DNA of 64,000 bases. Origin: Vicugna vicugna. Its lineage: Eukaryota. Below are positions 1 through 10,596 of this stretch, piece after piece. Below the pieces are notes generated by a model. The model saw only the letters and a program-made list of their open reading frames with translations, was not told the origin of the DNA and searched no databases. Numbering within the stretch: position 1 is the stretch's first letter; every line of letters begins with the position of its first letter. The stretch is from contig MU058636.1 of the NCBI GenBank assembly GCA_013265495.1, positions 2,170,001-2,234,000 on the forward strand, in the 5' to 3' direction. The position numbers and the translations under genes are program-made.

Positions 1-71
1 GTTAGAGCTGCTTTGTGAGCACCGGCGCCTCCAGCTGGGTGATGCGATCGACGTTAAAATTAAACAAAATT

Positions 72-1048
72 CATTAATTTCTTCCAATCATTTCTTTTTT
101 CTGTTGGATTATAGTTGACCTAACGATGTTGTGTTAGTTCCTGGTATACAGCGGTGATTCAGTTGTTTTATATATATATATTTTTTTCTCCTCCATATTC
201 TTTATCATTATAGGTTTTTACAAGATATTGAATATAGTTCCCCGTGCTCTACAGTAGGGCCTTGTTGTTTATCTTTTTTAGATACAGTAGTGTGAATCTG
301 CGAGTCCCAAACTCCAAATTTATCCCTCCCCTCCCACTGACCCCCTGGGAACATAAGTTTGTTTTCTATGTCTGTGAGTCTTTTTCCATTTTGTAAATAA
401 GTTCATTTGTCATTTTTTTAAAGATTTCTCATATAGGTGATACCATATGATATCTGTATTTCTCTGTCTGACTTATTTCACTTAGTATGATCATCTCTAG
501 GTCCATCCATGTTGCTGCAGATGGCATTATTTCATTATTCATTCTTTTTTATGGCTGGGTAGTATTCCACTGTGTGTTTGTGTCCATATACACAACTTCT
601 TTATCCAGTCATCTGTCAGTGGACATTTAGATTGCTTCCATGTCTTGGCTTTTGTAAATAGTGCTGCTATGAACATTGGGATGCATGTATCTTTTCAAAT
701 TAAGTTTTCCACAGATGTATATCCAAGAGTGGGATGACTGAATCACATGGTAAGTCTACGTTTAGTTTTTTAAAGATTCTCCATACTGTTTTCCATAATG
801 GCGGCACCAAACTACATTCCTACCAGCAGTGTAGGAGGGTTCCCTTTCCTCCACACCCTCTCCAGCATTTACCATTTGTGGAGTTTTTAATTATGGCCAT
901 TCTGACAGGTGTGAGGTCTGAGGTGATACCTCACTGTAGTTTTGATTTGCATTTCTCTGATAATTAGCAATAATCAGCATCTTTTCATGTGCCTGTTGGC
1001 CACCTGTATGTCTTCACTAGAGGAATGTCTGTTTAAGTCTTCTGCTCA
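72..1048 (-). mobile_element. 5'-truncated L1 (3' end), same orientation as FLT1, in intron 6
   Basis: Reverse complement of L1 ORF2 end/3'UTR; T-rich tail on the left; 17-bp TSD TAAAATTAAACAAAATT at 55-71 and 1049-1065. Confidence 0.85.
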
Positions 1049-1081
1049 TAAAATTAAACAAAATTAATAATTCAGTTCTCA

Positions 1082-1330
1082 ATACCCTATTGTCACAGTA
1101 TTTGCATTTCTCATAGTATATACTTCCTTGTTCCTGAGATTTTGCCCATTTTTCTAGAATGTTGACCTTTTTCTTATTGATTTGTAAGCATTCTTATACA
1201 TTAAGGAAATTATTTTGTCTGTGAGATGAATTACAAAAAAATTCCTCCATCTGTCCTTTGTCTTTTGACTTTTTTATGGTGATATGATTTTTTGTAGTTA
1301 AATAAATGGATTTTCTCGTTTAAAAAAAAA
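1082..1330 (+). mobile_element. Short polyadenylated retroposed insert (orphan retrocopy)
   Basis: 13-bp TSD AATTCAGTTCTCA (1069-1081, 1331-1343); AATAAA 1301-1306; A-run 1322-1330. Confidence 0.7.
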
Positions 1331-1420
1331 AATTCAGTTCTCAGTCCCACTAGCCACACTCCAAGTGTTCATTAGGGCATATGCAGCTAGTGGTCAGAGT
1401 ATTGGCCAGCAGAGCTATGG
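1331..1420. mobile_element. MER3/MER33-like (hAT-Charlie) DNA transposon relic, split by the two insertions to its left
   Basis: aattcagttctcagtcccactagccacactccaagtg...gctagtgg...gtattgg resembles the MER3/MER33 consensus. Confidence 0.6.
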
Positions 1421-1574
1421 ATTGCTTCTATCACAGAAAGTTCTCCTGGACCGTGCCATTTTCAAAGGTTACTGGCATTCGATAGATGTATTACCCTACT
1501 CTTACTTATAGTAGCAACACCAAGAGGATAAAAGTTTCTTCCCTCTTTGCATTTATTAAGAATATATGATTTCT

Positions 1575-1669
1575 GAGGTGGGGTGGGTATAGCTCAAGTG
1601 GTAGAGTGCATGCTTAGCACACATGAGGTCCTGGGTTCAATCTCCAGGACCTCCGTTTAAAAAAGAACA
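1575..1669 (+). mobile_element. tRNA-Ala-derived SINE (camelid vic-1-like)
   Basis: Pol III A and B boxes (TAGCTCAAGTGG, GGTTCAATC), A tail, perfect 14-bp TSD AATATATGATTTCT (1561-1574, 1670-1683). Confidence 0.9.
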
Positions 1670-1880
1670 AATATATGATTTCTATCAAAACCCAGAAAAT
1701 GTTGCTACAAGTCGTAGCTTTTTTATTTAAATGAACCAATGCCATTTTCTAGAAAATACTTTATGACTGATGAGTTATTAATGTGTCTCTACAGGGCACC
1801 TGTGACACAATTTTTTGTTGCCATTTGTTGTTATTCTATTTTCATAGCAAGAAACGTTGATGAGAAAAAATGAGCTTGGG

Positions 1881-2018
1881 TACAAGGATATATTGTACAA
1901 AGAATATAGCCCAATATTTTATAATAACTTAAGAGTATAATCTATAAAAATTGTGAACCACTCTGTTGTATACCTGAAATCAACATAACATTGTAAATCA
2001 ACTAGACCTCAATTAAAC
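1881..2018 (+). mobile_element. Short L1 3'-terminal fragment
   Basis: ...tgttgtatacctgaaatcaacataacattgtaaatcaactagacctcaattaaa is a typical L1 3' terminus. Confidence 0.7.
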
Positions 2019-2812
2019 AAATTAGTTTGGGGCCAGTGCATCAATTGCCCATACGTAATTTAATCACAAGCTGACTTCAGGACTGTCGGTCACCTAAATG
2101 CTGTAACAAATGATTTAGTTGGGAAATGCCACATAAATCATACAGACGCACAAGAAATGGGGCTGGAAACACTGTCAAATGTTTCTGAACAGTTTATCAT
2201 AAATTGTCCACCTGCACATTTTTAAAACAACGATTGTTTGCAAGGATGTTTCATTTGAATAAGGGAAGCCAACTCAACCTTCCCTCTTCTCGTTTTTCTG
2301 AAGGACAGAATCGCTCCTTTGTCACTGAACAAACAGAACACCGGGACGGCTGAGTTGTACTATCTTTCCCAAACATGCTCCAATCAGGTGCCTGCCTGTC
2401 TGCCAGTCCTTTAAATTAATGTGCTGACAACAACTTTCTGTTGTTGTTGTTACAAAAGATAGCCCCTGCCTGGCACGCAGTGATAAATTTCTCTCTCATC
2501 TCTAAATCCTCAAGAATAGTTTCCAAGGAGGAAACAATCCCTTTTTCCACCCAGAATCCTGCAGTAGAAATGCCAGCCTATACACTTCAAAACAAAACCT
2601 CCAGACATCAAAAGACCCTATCTCTGCATATCACACTCATGACATGTGAGGCAGGGGACATTTCCCAACCCAACCCAAAGCTTCTGTATTGACTCAGACA
2701 GCTACAGGAGTCAGAATATTCTGATTTTCCCCACATCAAAAACTCAGTGTAGCCTTTCAGTAGCTAAAACGAAATACTGTCCTGTAGAAGAAAAGAAAAG
2801 CGGGTCACTCAC

Positions 2813-2949
2813 TTCCCCAGGGTAACTCCAGGTCATCTGAACTCTCGTGTTCAAGGGAGTCGTAGCCGTGCAGTTGAGGGTGAGAGTGTGACCTCTCAGT
2901 AACCTGGCTGGGCTGGGCGTGCTGATCTGGACGTCTGTGATTGTGGTGG
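2813..2949 (-). CDS. FLT1: FLT1 exon 6 (start of Ig domain 3: TTTITDVQISTPSPARLLRGHTLTLNCTATTPLNTRVQMTWSYPGE)
   Basis: cgcAG acceptor, GTGAGT donor, 137 nt; cumulative CDS 813 nt = 271 codons with no stop. Exon 7 lies outside the window. Confidence 0.97.
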
Positions 2950-2991
2950 CTGCGAGGATAAGAAATAACATTAAAAAAACAAAAAACACAA

Positions 2992-3015
2992 AACCAACCA
3001 ACCAACCAACCAACC
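2992..3015 (+). repeat. (AACC)6 microsatellite in the 131-nt intron 5
   Basis: Directly visible. Confidence 0.9.
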
Positions 3016-3080
3016 GTTTCATTCAGCAGAGAAGCCCCTGAGCACTCTGGCTCGTGCTGACGCCTCCGGAGGCCACTTAC

Positions 3081-3243
3081 TCTGTCGGAGCGTGAGATAG
3101 TTGGTCTTGAACAAGTGCCCGCCGACAGCCGTTTCACAGGTCAGAAGCCCGATTTCCTTGTAGGTTGCACGTGATATTGTAAAACCCTTCCTGCTATCCC
3201 AGGTTATTCTTTTCCCATCTGGGACCAGAGTATCAAGTGGAAA
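3081..3243 (-). CDS. FLT1: FLT1 exon 5 (Ig domain 2, second half: FPLDTLVPDGKRITWDSRKGFTISRATYKEIGLLTCETAVGGHLFKTNYLTLRQ)
   Basis: ccAG acceptor, GTAAGT donor, 163 nt; translated by hand because this frame is not in the ORF track. Confidence 0.97.
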
Positions 3244-4240
3244 CTGGAAAAGGAAGCAACAGGTTTTAGCAAAACTGTATTAGCGCCATGACAGCAGCTT
3301 CAGTCGCAGCTTGTGGAAATGTCATTTCTGTCCAAGATGAGAATGGCGCGGGTAGAAACTCCAGTTTGTTGTAATTGGTTCTTCGGTTTTCCTTGCGTGT
3401 AGCAAACTATACATTTACTATGATAAGTTATAGTAAACATGATCATTTGTTACTGGCCTTGCAACAAGCTGTATCCACCTGGGACAGACCTAGTTGTCAC
3501 GTCAGCCTCCTGGTGGGAGCCTGAATCTCTTTGGCCTCTGGGAATCCTGGTAATAAACTGGCCTTATGCTCAATAAAAAAAAAAAAAAAAAGTATTTTTT
3601 CCGTTGGGGCTGCCAGGTTATCCTTCCGAGTCTCACCACCTGGAGCTTTTAACAAGCCAGACCTTCCCCTCCCACCTTAACGTGACTTGTTAAAGAGGTG
3701 GCTGCCTGAAAAGGATGGTACATAATTCCAGGTCCCCCAAGACGCTAGCGTTCACCTGACACTCACTGGGGTTATCACTCTGGGGAAGACTGAGGGTATC
3801 GACTGCCTCTGGGAGGGAAACGCCCAGAGGCTGCGGCTGCTGAGCTTGAAGAGAGCAGAAAAGAGATGCGAGGCCAGAGACAGTTATGGATGGAGTGCTC
3901 TCAAATTCCTAGAAGTCCCAAACCCAGCGAGTCCAAACAGAAGAGTCCACGGTTTGATCCTCTCCTTCTGCCTTTTCCTATCTGCCAAGGATGTAATTTA
4001 AACCATCGACTTTGGGGTTGACTTTGTAAAGGGTCATCGCCCGACCAAACTCCCCTGATGCCAGAATGCCTGCCACTTTCAGAGGCTGAAATCTGCCAAC
4101 TACTGTGATTTATCTCCAGTTGGAAAAGGGGGGAAGTATCAGATCACCGTCCCACAATAGGTTATAAAGATTCACAGCATTAGCTGTCATGAAGAAGTTT
4201 CAAAATCTTTTCTATCTTCTTTTTAAAAGTACATCTCAGA

Positions 4241-4323
4241 GGGCAGGGTACAGATCAGCGGTGAAGCGCATGGTTAGCAATGTTTGAGGTCCTGGGTTCA
4301 ATCCCCAGTACCTCCATTAAAAA
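4241..4323 (+). mobile_element. tRNA-Ala-derived SINE (diverged)
   Basis: GGTCCTGGGTTCAATCCCCAGTACCTCC core, A tail, degenerate TSD AAAAGTACA..AGA (4225-4240, 4324-4339). Confidence 0.85.
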
Positions 4324-4706
4324 AAAAGTACACCTTAGATCACCCACTTAGCATTTATTTCTATTGCTTGTGGAAGGAGAAAACAGATAGCTGGGATGTG
4401 TGATCCAGCAGATTTCTATTCCAAAAGCCTCTAGTTCCCTCTCCCAGTGAACACACCCGCGTGGATCCATGTTCCCAGAGTGGTACCTGGGTTTGAGATG
4501 AACTGCATCCTGTTTATGCAAAACTGAAAGCAATGAAAGGATGCATTTCATGTTTTAGTAAATTAGGATTCTACTTGTAAATTTACGAATGCTCCACATT
4601 CAGTGGAGGGGGAGAACTTTCTCTTCTAATTTGGTGCTATCAAAGGAAAAACTCAGAAAAATGTACGTCAGGGACTGAAACTTGTGATGCTTTAAAAACA
4701 TGTGAA

Positions 4707-4833
4707 GGAGGGGATAGCTCGGTGGTAGAGCATGTGCTGAGCGTGCACAAGGTCCTGGGTTCAATCCACAGTATCTCCGTTAAAAATAAATAAATAATAA
4801 CTTAATGCCCCCCCCAAATTAATAAATAAAAAA
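4707..4833 (+). mobile_element. tRNA-Ala-derived SINE (long-tail form)
   Basis: A/B boxes; TSD TAAAAACATGTGAA (4693-4706, 4834-4847). Confidence 0.9.
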
Positions 4834-5829
4834 TAAAAACATGTGAAAACAAGCATGCACTGAATCTTAAAAAAAGGTTGGTTGATGGCCTTCCTCTGCA
4901 CCGGTTAAAAACCCGTGAAAATTTCCTCTAAGGTGTTTCTTTAATCTATCCATTACTGTAGCTAGGAGAGCTCCATGGACAAAGTAACTTTATTTCTAGC
5001 TGATAGGAGCTGAAATAACAAAAGACTACGTAGCTCATCAGCTGTGTTGCTGTATGTCAAGAGGCAGACAGGTGAACAGCCTTGGGAACAAGCACTCTCT
5101 CCAGCTGACCAGGGCGCGGCAGAGCGGGCGTGGGAGGGGAGGGCGGCCGGCAGATGGGCAGCAGGGACAGGGAGAGAGACGGGGGGAGACATGGGGACAG
5201 GGAGAGGGGAGAGAGACGGGAGGGAAAGCTCCTGGATTAGAATATCTGCAATATATCTGCGGCAAACCAAAATCCCCGTTAGAACAAGAAACAAGAACTC
5301 TGTTACATGCTGTCAATGTAACGACATTTTAACTTACTCAGGATTACCTTTCCGTTCGTGATTTTTCTATCATTCCTGAGTGAGGCAAGTCACTCACATT
5401 CTCTAAGAATGGAAGTGACCTGTAAGAACATAGTAATAAAGTCGTCTCTCTCTCTGTTTTTGTATTATAGATCTGGGTGGCAGGACAGAGAAAATAAGCT
5501 TTTTCCCCTGGAATGTTTGCATGTGGCAATGTGAGAAAGTTCCTCAAACAGACCAGCGATCTGCATCAGGGCAAAAAGGCAAGGGGTTTGAAAGAAACAG
5601 AGAAGTTCCCTCTCCTCATGGTTTGTCCCATGTTAATCATGGAGCAATTACAATCCGGGACTAAGAGTGATGTCAGGCCACTGAAAACATCGCTTGATAA
5701 TAAATCAATTATTGGGCATCTGGGGGTTAGATGTATGACATTAATCGCTAAGCCCGGAACAGGGCTCGGGCCGGGCACGGTCCTCAGTGCTGTTCACACA
5801 GCACAGCACACTGCCGTCCCAGCAGCCAG

Positions 5830-5975
5830 GTGAGGTGGCTGCCCCTGGAACCGCTCCCATCTCTCAAATGAGGACACTGACGTGGAGAGAGATTTGAGAA
5901 CTTGCCAGTTTGTCCAGCAGGTCAGTGGTAGCAGGTAAAGAATCCAGGCAGTGTGGCCCCGGCCCCTGCTCTGAA
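5830..5975 (-). mobile_element. MIR SINE relic
   Basis: aaatgaggacactga...gaacttgcc resembles the reverse complement of the MIR core; boundaries approximate. Confidence 0.5.
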
Positions 5976-7154
5976 CACTCCGGTCTTCCTCTGACACCAA
6001 TTCCAATTAAACTATTAGCAAAGGATGGCAAGAAGCCAGAGGGAGAAGTCCGGACCTCAGCTCCAATGCCCAGGGGGGCCCGGAGGTCCCCAACCCCCTG
6101 GGGATCTCCATTTTTAATTCTGCCAACGGAGTTCGGCTCCTCTGGTGTTTCCAGCTCCAACATACAACGATTTTTATAATTCCTGGTGAGGGAAGGGAAG
6201 CCAGAACCTGTCACCGCTGGGCCATACTGAGGACTTAAATCAAGCACGTAGGAGGGTGAAAGCCAGGGAAGACGACAGGGAGACCGCCCATCACAGCTCA
6301 GGACTCAGGGGCAGCCGGCGATACCGCAAATCGCTGGAGGCTTTTTCCGACTTGACTACTGTCACCACCAAACACCTGCTGAGTCCCTGCTCCCAAGTGC
6401 TGCCTTGGGACAGCCTTCACTTTTCCTCTAAAAGCTCCACGCTCTCAGGATTCACTGTGATTTCCCATTTGGGAAGGTTTTAATCCGATTCCCAGACCTA
6501 GCTTACTCCTGAAGTTGCTGCAGATGAACCAGCTGGCACGTCCCATTTTAGGTTTTTGTTCTGTTTTGTTTTTATTAGATTTTACCCTGAATCATCTTCT
6601 TCTCTCCATGCACAACTTACAACATAATATGAAGAACAATCTCACTTATAACTTCCTTTCCCTTTTTTCTCCCCCTAAGAGGTTAAGTTTGGATGTCCAG
6701 CAGGAGATACGGCTTTTCTTACCAGGAACTTCCCAACTCAAAGCAAAGCAAGAGCTCTTAAATGCCCAGAGAGTCAGACACCCAGCCTGACAGTTCTGCC
6801 TCGAGCAAAAATCTGGATTATTGATTTGTATGCACAATAGAATTGGATTTTCTGACACTTACATGCATTTGAATTGGTGGCAATACATAGAAATTTTCGT
6901 TTCATTTTCCTTCCTGCATTCACATAGATTTATGCTTTAGACATTATCATTTTATTCCACTGAAATGCATGCATGGATATAACTTCCAGCACGACATACA
7001 CTTTAAAGTAAAAAGCTGTTATTAGAAAAGTCTACCTAGAAATCGACAGCCCAAAGGTCTATGAGAAAAGCATCCCAGAGACATAAAACGACTCAAAATT
7101 CACCGTGCTTTCTGGCAGCAAAACTACTGCGGAAGTAGCACCGCTCGGCTTTAC

Positions 7155-7279
7155 CTTTGTTAAAGTGACAGTGATGTTGGGTGACGTGACCCGGCACGGG
7201 ATGACGACCTCCTCTCCTTCCGTCATGTTTATGATTTGGGGGATTTCGCTGTGCATCTCTAGGAAAGGTCTACCTGTAT
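7155..7279 (-). CDS. FLT1: FLT1 exon 4 (Ig domain 2, first half: DTGRPFLEMHSEIPQIINMTEGEEVVIPCRVTSPNITVTLTK)
   Basis: ttcAG acceptor, GTAAAG donor, 125 nt; lies within ORF 7059..7304(-). Confidence 0.97.
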
Positions 7280-8601
7280 CTGAATGAGAAGAAAATGAAC
7301 ACACACATACATAAATGATCGTACTGTGAACACGCGGACTCTGGGGCTGGCAAGGCTACGGGGGCCTTGCCGCAGTTAACGTCATTGTCCAGGAACCCAT
7401 AAATCCAGGTTCTTCTGAGACTGGCCCTCTGTGTTTCTGCCCAGAAAAAAAGAGTGCTTCTCTAATAAAAACCTAATCCTGGTTCGGGCTTGGCCTCCAA
7501 TCAGATTGCTCTTATGCCTCCTTTGCAACTGCGACCTCTTGGGGGTGGGCTGGGGAGGTGTTTAGACCACTAAGAGGAAAAGCCATAAAAGGGCAGGGGG
7601 AGAGAAAGGTGAACATTCCGCATAAACTTCTTCCCACAGCTATGCTAAGTGCCTGGGGAGGCGCCCTCCAGAGCCTTTGTAAGAAGTCAAAGGGGCTGGG
7701 TGCAGGTCAGCTGTCTTTGGGGCACAGATGAGGGCGGAGAGGGTGATAGAGAGGTGTCAGGTTGGAGGGGCGATTAGCATTTGAATGACAGAAGCATCCC
7801 TTCCTGGTTTCTAGACCTTCGTGGCAACTACCAAGGAAGGTGCGAGCGACTTCAGGGCAGGGGAAGGGCTGGAGCAGCAGCATGAATCCTGCAATTACTT
7901 CACATCTGTTTCTTTGGCTTGCACTGCACACCTGCTAACAGCCAAGTATGTGCACGTGCACGCAGAGAGGTCTGGAAAAGGCCACCCTTAAATGTGCGGC
8001 ACTGGGCTAGTCTCAGGGGTCAGAAGGGCTCAAACCACCTGCTCGGCTTCCCTGTCATCCCTCTGGGGACCAGAATGGGCTTCGGAACCTTTCAGAAACA
8101 TCCTCACAGTCCACCTGGCCCTGGCCCTCGGGAATCCACCGACAACCATCCTTCAGGAGGTGCTCTCACCTCCTCCCCTTGGCTCCAGCCTTAGATGCCC
8201 GGATGCAAAGACGTCCTGTGTTAACTCTCCGTCTGGGCCTGAAAGAACTACCTGAGCCTCCATCTGCCTGCGGTAGCTTTGGAAGCTCATCTTGGATGCT
8301 GGATGGAGAACAAAGCGAAGAGTAGGCTATGGCTCCCAGACTAAATGGTGGCTGTAGACATCACTGTGGGTCAAACTGTGCCCCCATGCCATGATACATT
8401 CTAATCCCGGTACATGAGAATTTGACCTCACTAGGATCAAACAGGGTCATCGTCAATATGATTACTTCAGTTAAGTAAGGCGGGCCCCATCCATTATGAC
8501 TGGTATCCATGTAAGAAGATGGTCAGAGGAGGAGCGATGGGGAGAACAAATGTCAGGCGAAGACGAGGCAGAGGCAGGAGTGATGGAGCTGCAGGTCAAG
8601 G

Positions 8602-9296
8602 TGAGACAGGAGGGAGGGGGCAGGGTGCAGCCCCTGAAGGAGTGACACAGCAGGTGGAGATCTGACTCCCAGGAGACCTTGAGGCCCCAGGTGGTGGGAG
8701 ACTCCCAGTAGACCCTGAGCTTCATTTTATGCTCATTGTAATACATCAGCAAGGTAAATGGCACCCCCACAGGCACCAGGCAGTTCCGAGGCTGGCCATA
8801 AGGGGCCGAAAAGTGGGCTGTGGCCCCCTCCCTGGGAACCCCCGGCCCTCCCCCAGCGTAGTTGGAATAATCCTCCCGCTTGCATATTGAAGCTACCGAG
8901 CCCCTAAAAACTAACAGCCCCGCACCCGGAGGTCTCCCTCTGGCCTTCTGAGATGGCCCGCACTCTGTCTATGGAGTCTGCATCTCTCTGAACAAATCTA
9001 CTTTTGGGGGGTGGGGGTATAGCTCCGTGGTACACACATGCTTAGCAGGCACAAGGTCCTGGGTTCAATCCCCAGTACCTCCATTAACAAACACAAATAG
9101 CTAAAACACAGACAGATATAGATATAGATAGATATACAGATACAGATAAAAATAAATCCACCTTCACTCAACTATGGCTCGCTTTTGAATTCTTTCCTGT
9201 GCGAAGCCAGGGACCCTGACTTGGTTGGGTGCATCCCAGGGACTCACCTGGGACCTGGGACACAGCCATCCTCTCGTGCCCCGTTTTCCTGTATCA
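8602..9296 (+). mobile_element. Solo ERV1 LTR, MER41-like
   Basis: TG...CA termini with short inverted repeats (TGAGACAGGA / TCCTGTATCA); 4-bp TSD AAGG (8598-8601, 9297-9300); ggctcgcttttgaattctttcctgtgcgaagcca resembles the MER41 family. Confidence 0.8.
9005..9150 (+). mobile_element. tRNA-Ala-derived SINE nested in the ERV1 LTR
   Basis: A/B boxes, tail decayed into GATA-type repeats, degenerate TSD (8991-9004, 9151-9164). Confidence 0.85.
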
Positions 9297-10134
9297 AAGG
9301 GCCGCCAAGGATTGCCAGCGGCCGCCAGAAGGCAAGGAGAGGCAAAAAATGATCCCCTGAGGTTTCAGAGGGCTGGCACCTGGACTTCAGAATTCTAGTT
9401 TCGAGAATGTTAGACAAGAAACTTCTGGACGTCTAAACCCGCACCCCCACCGGCAAGCAGCACCTAGCCTGCTGAACGCGGGATAGTCTGACACACATTC
9501 GAGGGGGCCCCGGAAAGACCCGATCAGCACAGTGTGCCCTGTGTGCCCCGAGAAGCCGCAAAAATTCCTACTGGTCCTGGGGGACGCCTGGCTAAGCCGG
9601 CCCTTCTGTCTGATACCCTCTCGGCCCCAGCCCACCCTGGGGGCTTTTCCACCACCCCCGCACATTCTCCTACGACCACGCTTAGAACACTTTGGATGAA
9701 GGATTCCTAGAGGAGAGGAGACAGGCCGTATCCATCTCTGCCTGATGGGTACTAAATGAACAAAGGAACAAGCCAGTGAACTACTATCCAGCCCCGTCAT
9801 TTTAAGGGCGAGAAAACAGGTGTGAAGAGGTGAATTGTCTCACTGAGGTCAGAGCCAGGCCTGGAGCCAGTCCGTCCTGACCTCCAGCTCCGGGCTCCTC
9901 CCCGCCCCCCTGGATGCAGACCTGGATGTCCTGCCTCCTTCTCCCTAGGTGGGGCCCCCTCCTCCATCCAAGGAAGGGCTGTAGGTGGCCACTGTTTTCG
10001 GCTCCCAGGGGAAAGTAGGTGCTATGTCACACCACCTCGTGTTGGGGGGATTCTGAGACAAGGACACTCACCCAGGGCAGAGCAGTGGGGCGGCTTTGGG
10101 ACTTGGCCAGCACGAGGCTTAGAGTCAGCAGCAG

Positions 10135-10336
10135 GCAGCAGAGCATGGTTAAGCTGTCACCCTCTCCAGTCTCTAACCCCTTCCTAGCTGTGAGAGCCAG
10201 GCAAACTCGTTTTACACTCTGTGCCTCATTTGTAAAATCTGCCTCAAAGCGTTATTATGAGGGTGACGTGAATTCATACGTGTAAAGTGCTTAGAACGGT
10301 GCCCGGCAGACAGTGCTATGTATGTGTCAGCTGTTA
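10135..10336 (+). mobile_element. MIR SINE
   Basis: ctctgtgcctcatttgtaaaat...tgtaaagtgcttagaacggtgcccggca matches the MIR core and 3' part. Confidence 0.75.
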
Positions 10337-10442
10337 ATTCTCTTCTTCTTACGAGAGATTGGAACTTAAGGAGAGAGGGCGTTAGGATGTATTAAAATCA
10401 CAAATTATATTCAAGATCCAAACTATAAAAAGTATAAATATA

Positions 10443-10596
10443 GGGAGGGGTATAGCTCAGTGGCAGAACACATGCCTAGCATACACGAGGTCCAGGGTTC
10501 AATCCCCAGTGCCTCCATTAAATAAATAAACCTAATTACTAACCCCACCACCAAACTGTTAAAAAAGAACGAAAGCATTCTGAGATCAATAAAAAT
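10443..10596 (+). mobile_element. tRNA-Ala-derived SINE
   Basis: GGGGTATAGCTCAGTGG...GGGTTCAATCCCCAGT; aaataaacctaattac tail; near-TSD AAAAAG(T/G)ATAAATATA. Confidence 0.9.

Larger units (their letters stand above)
8365..9470 (+). mobile_element. MLT1-type MaLR LTR interrupted by a younger LTR
   Basis: MLT1 motifs (tatgactggtatccatgtaagaaga; gcagaggcaggagtgatggagctgcaggtcaagg | gccaaggattgccagc...ccagaa) continue across the 8602-9296 insertion; outer boundaries approximate. Confidence 0.7.

Noticed and set aside
734..967. Short ORFs resembling 'hypothetical proteins' (also 20777-21120, 32012-32496, 63488-63964)
   Set aside because: Translations of L1 sense or antisense sequence.
2805..3137. 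ORF-track peptides 2805..3137, and the intronic extensions of 2744..3022, 7059..7304 and 28169..28510
   Set aside because: Alternative frames or intron read-through; true exon limits are set by splice sites and phase.
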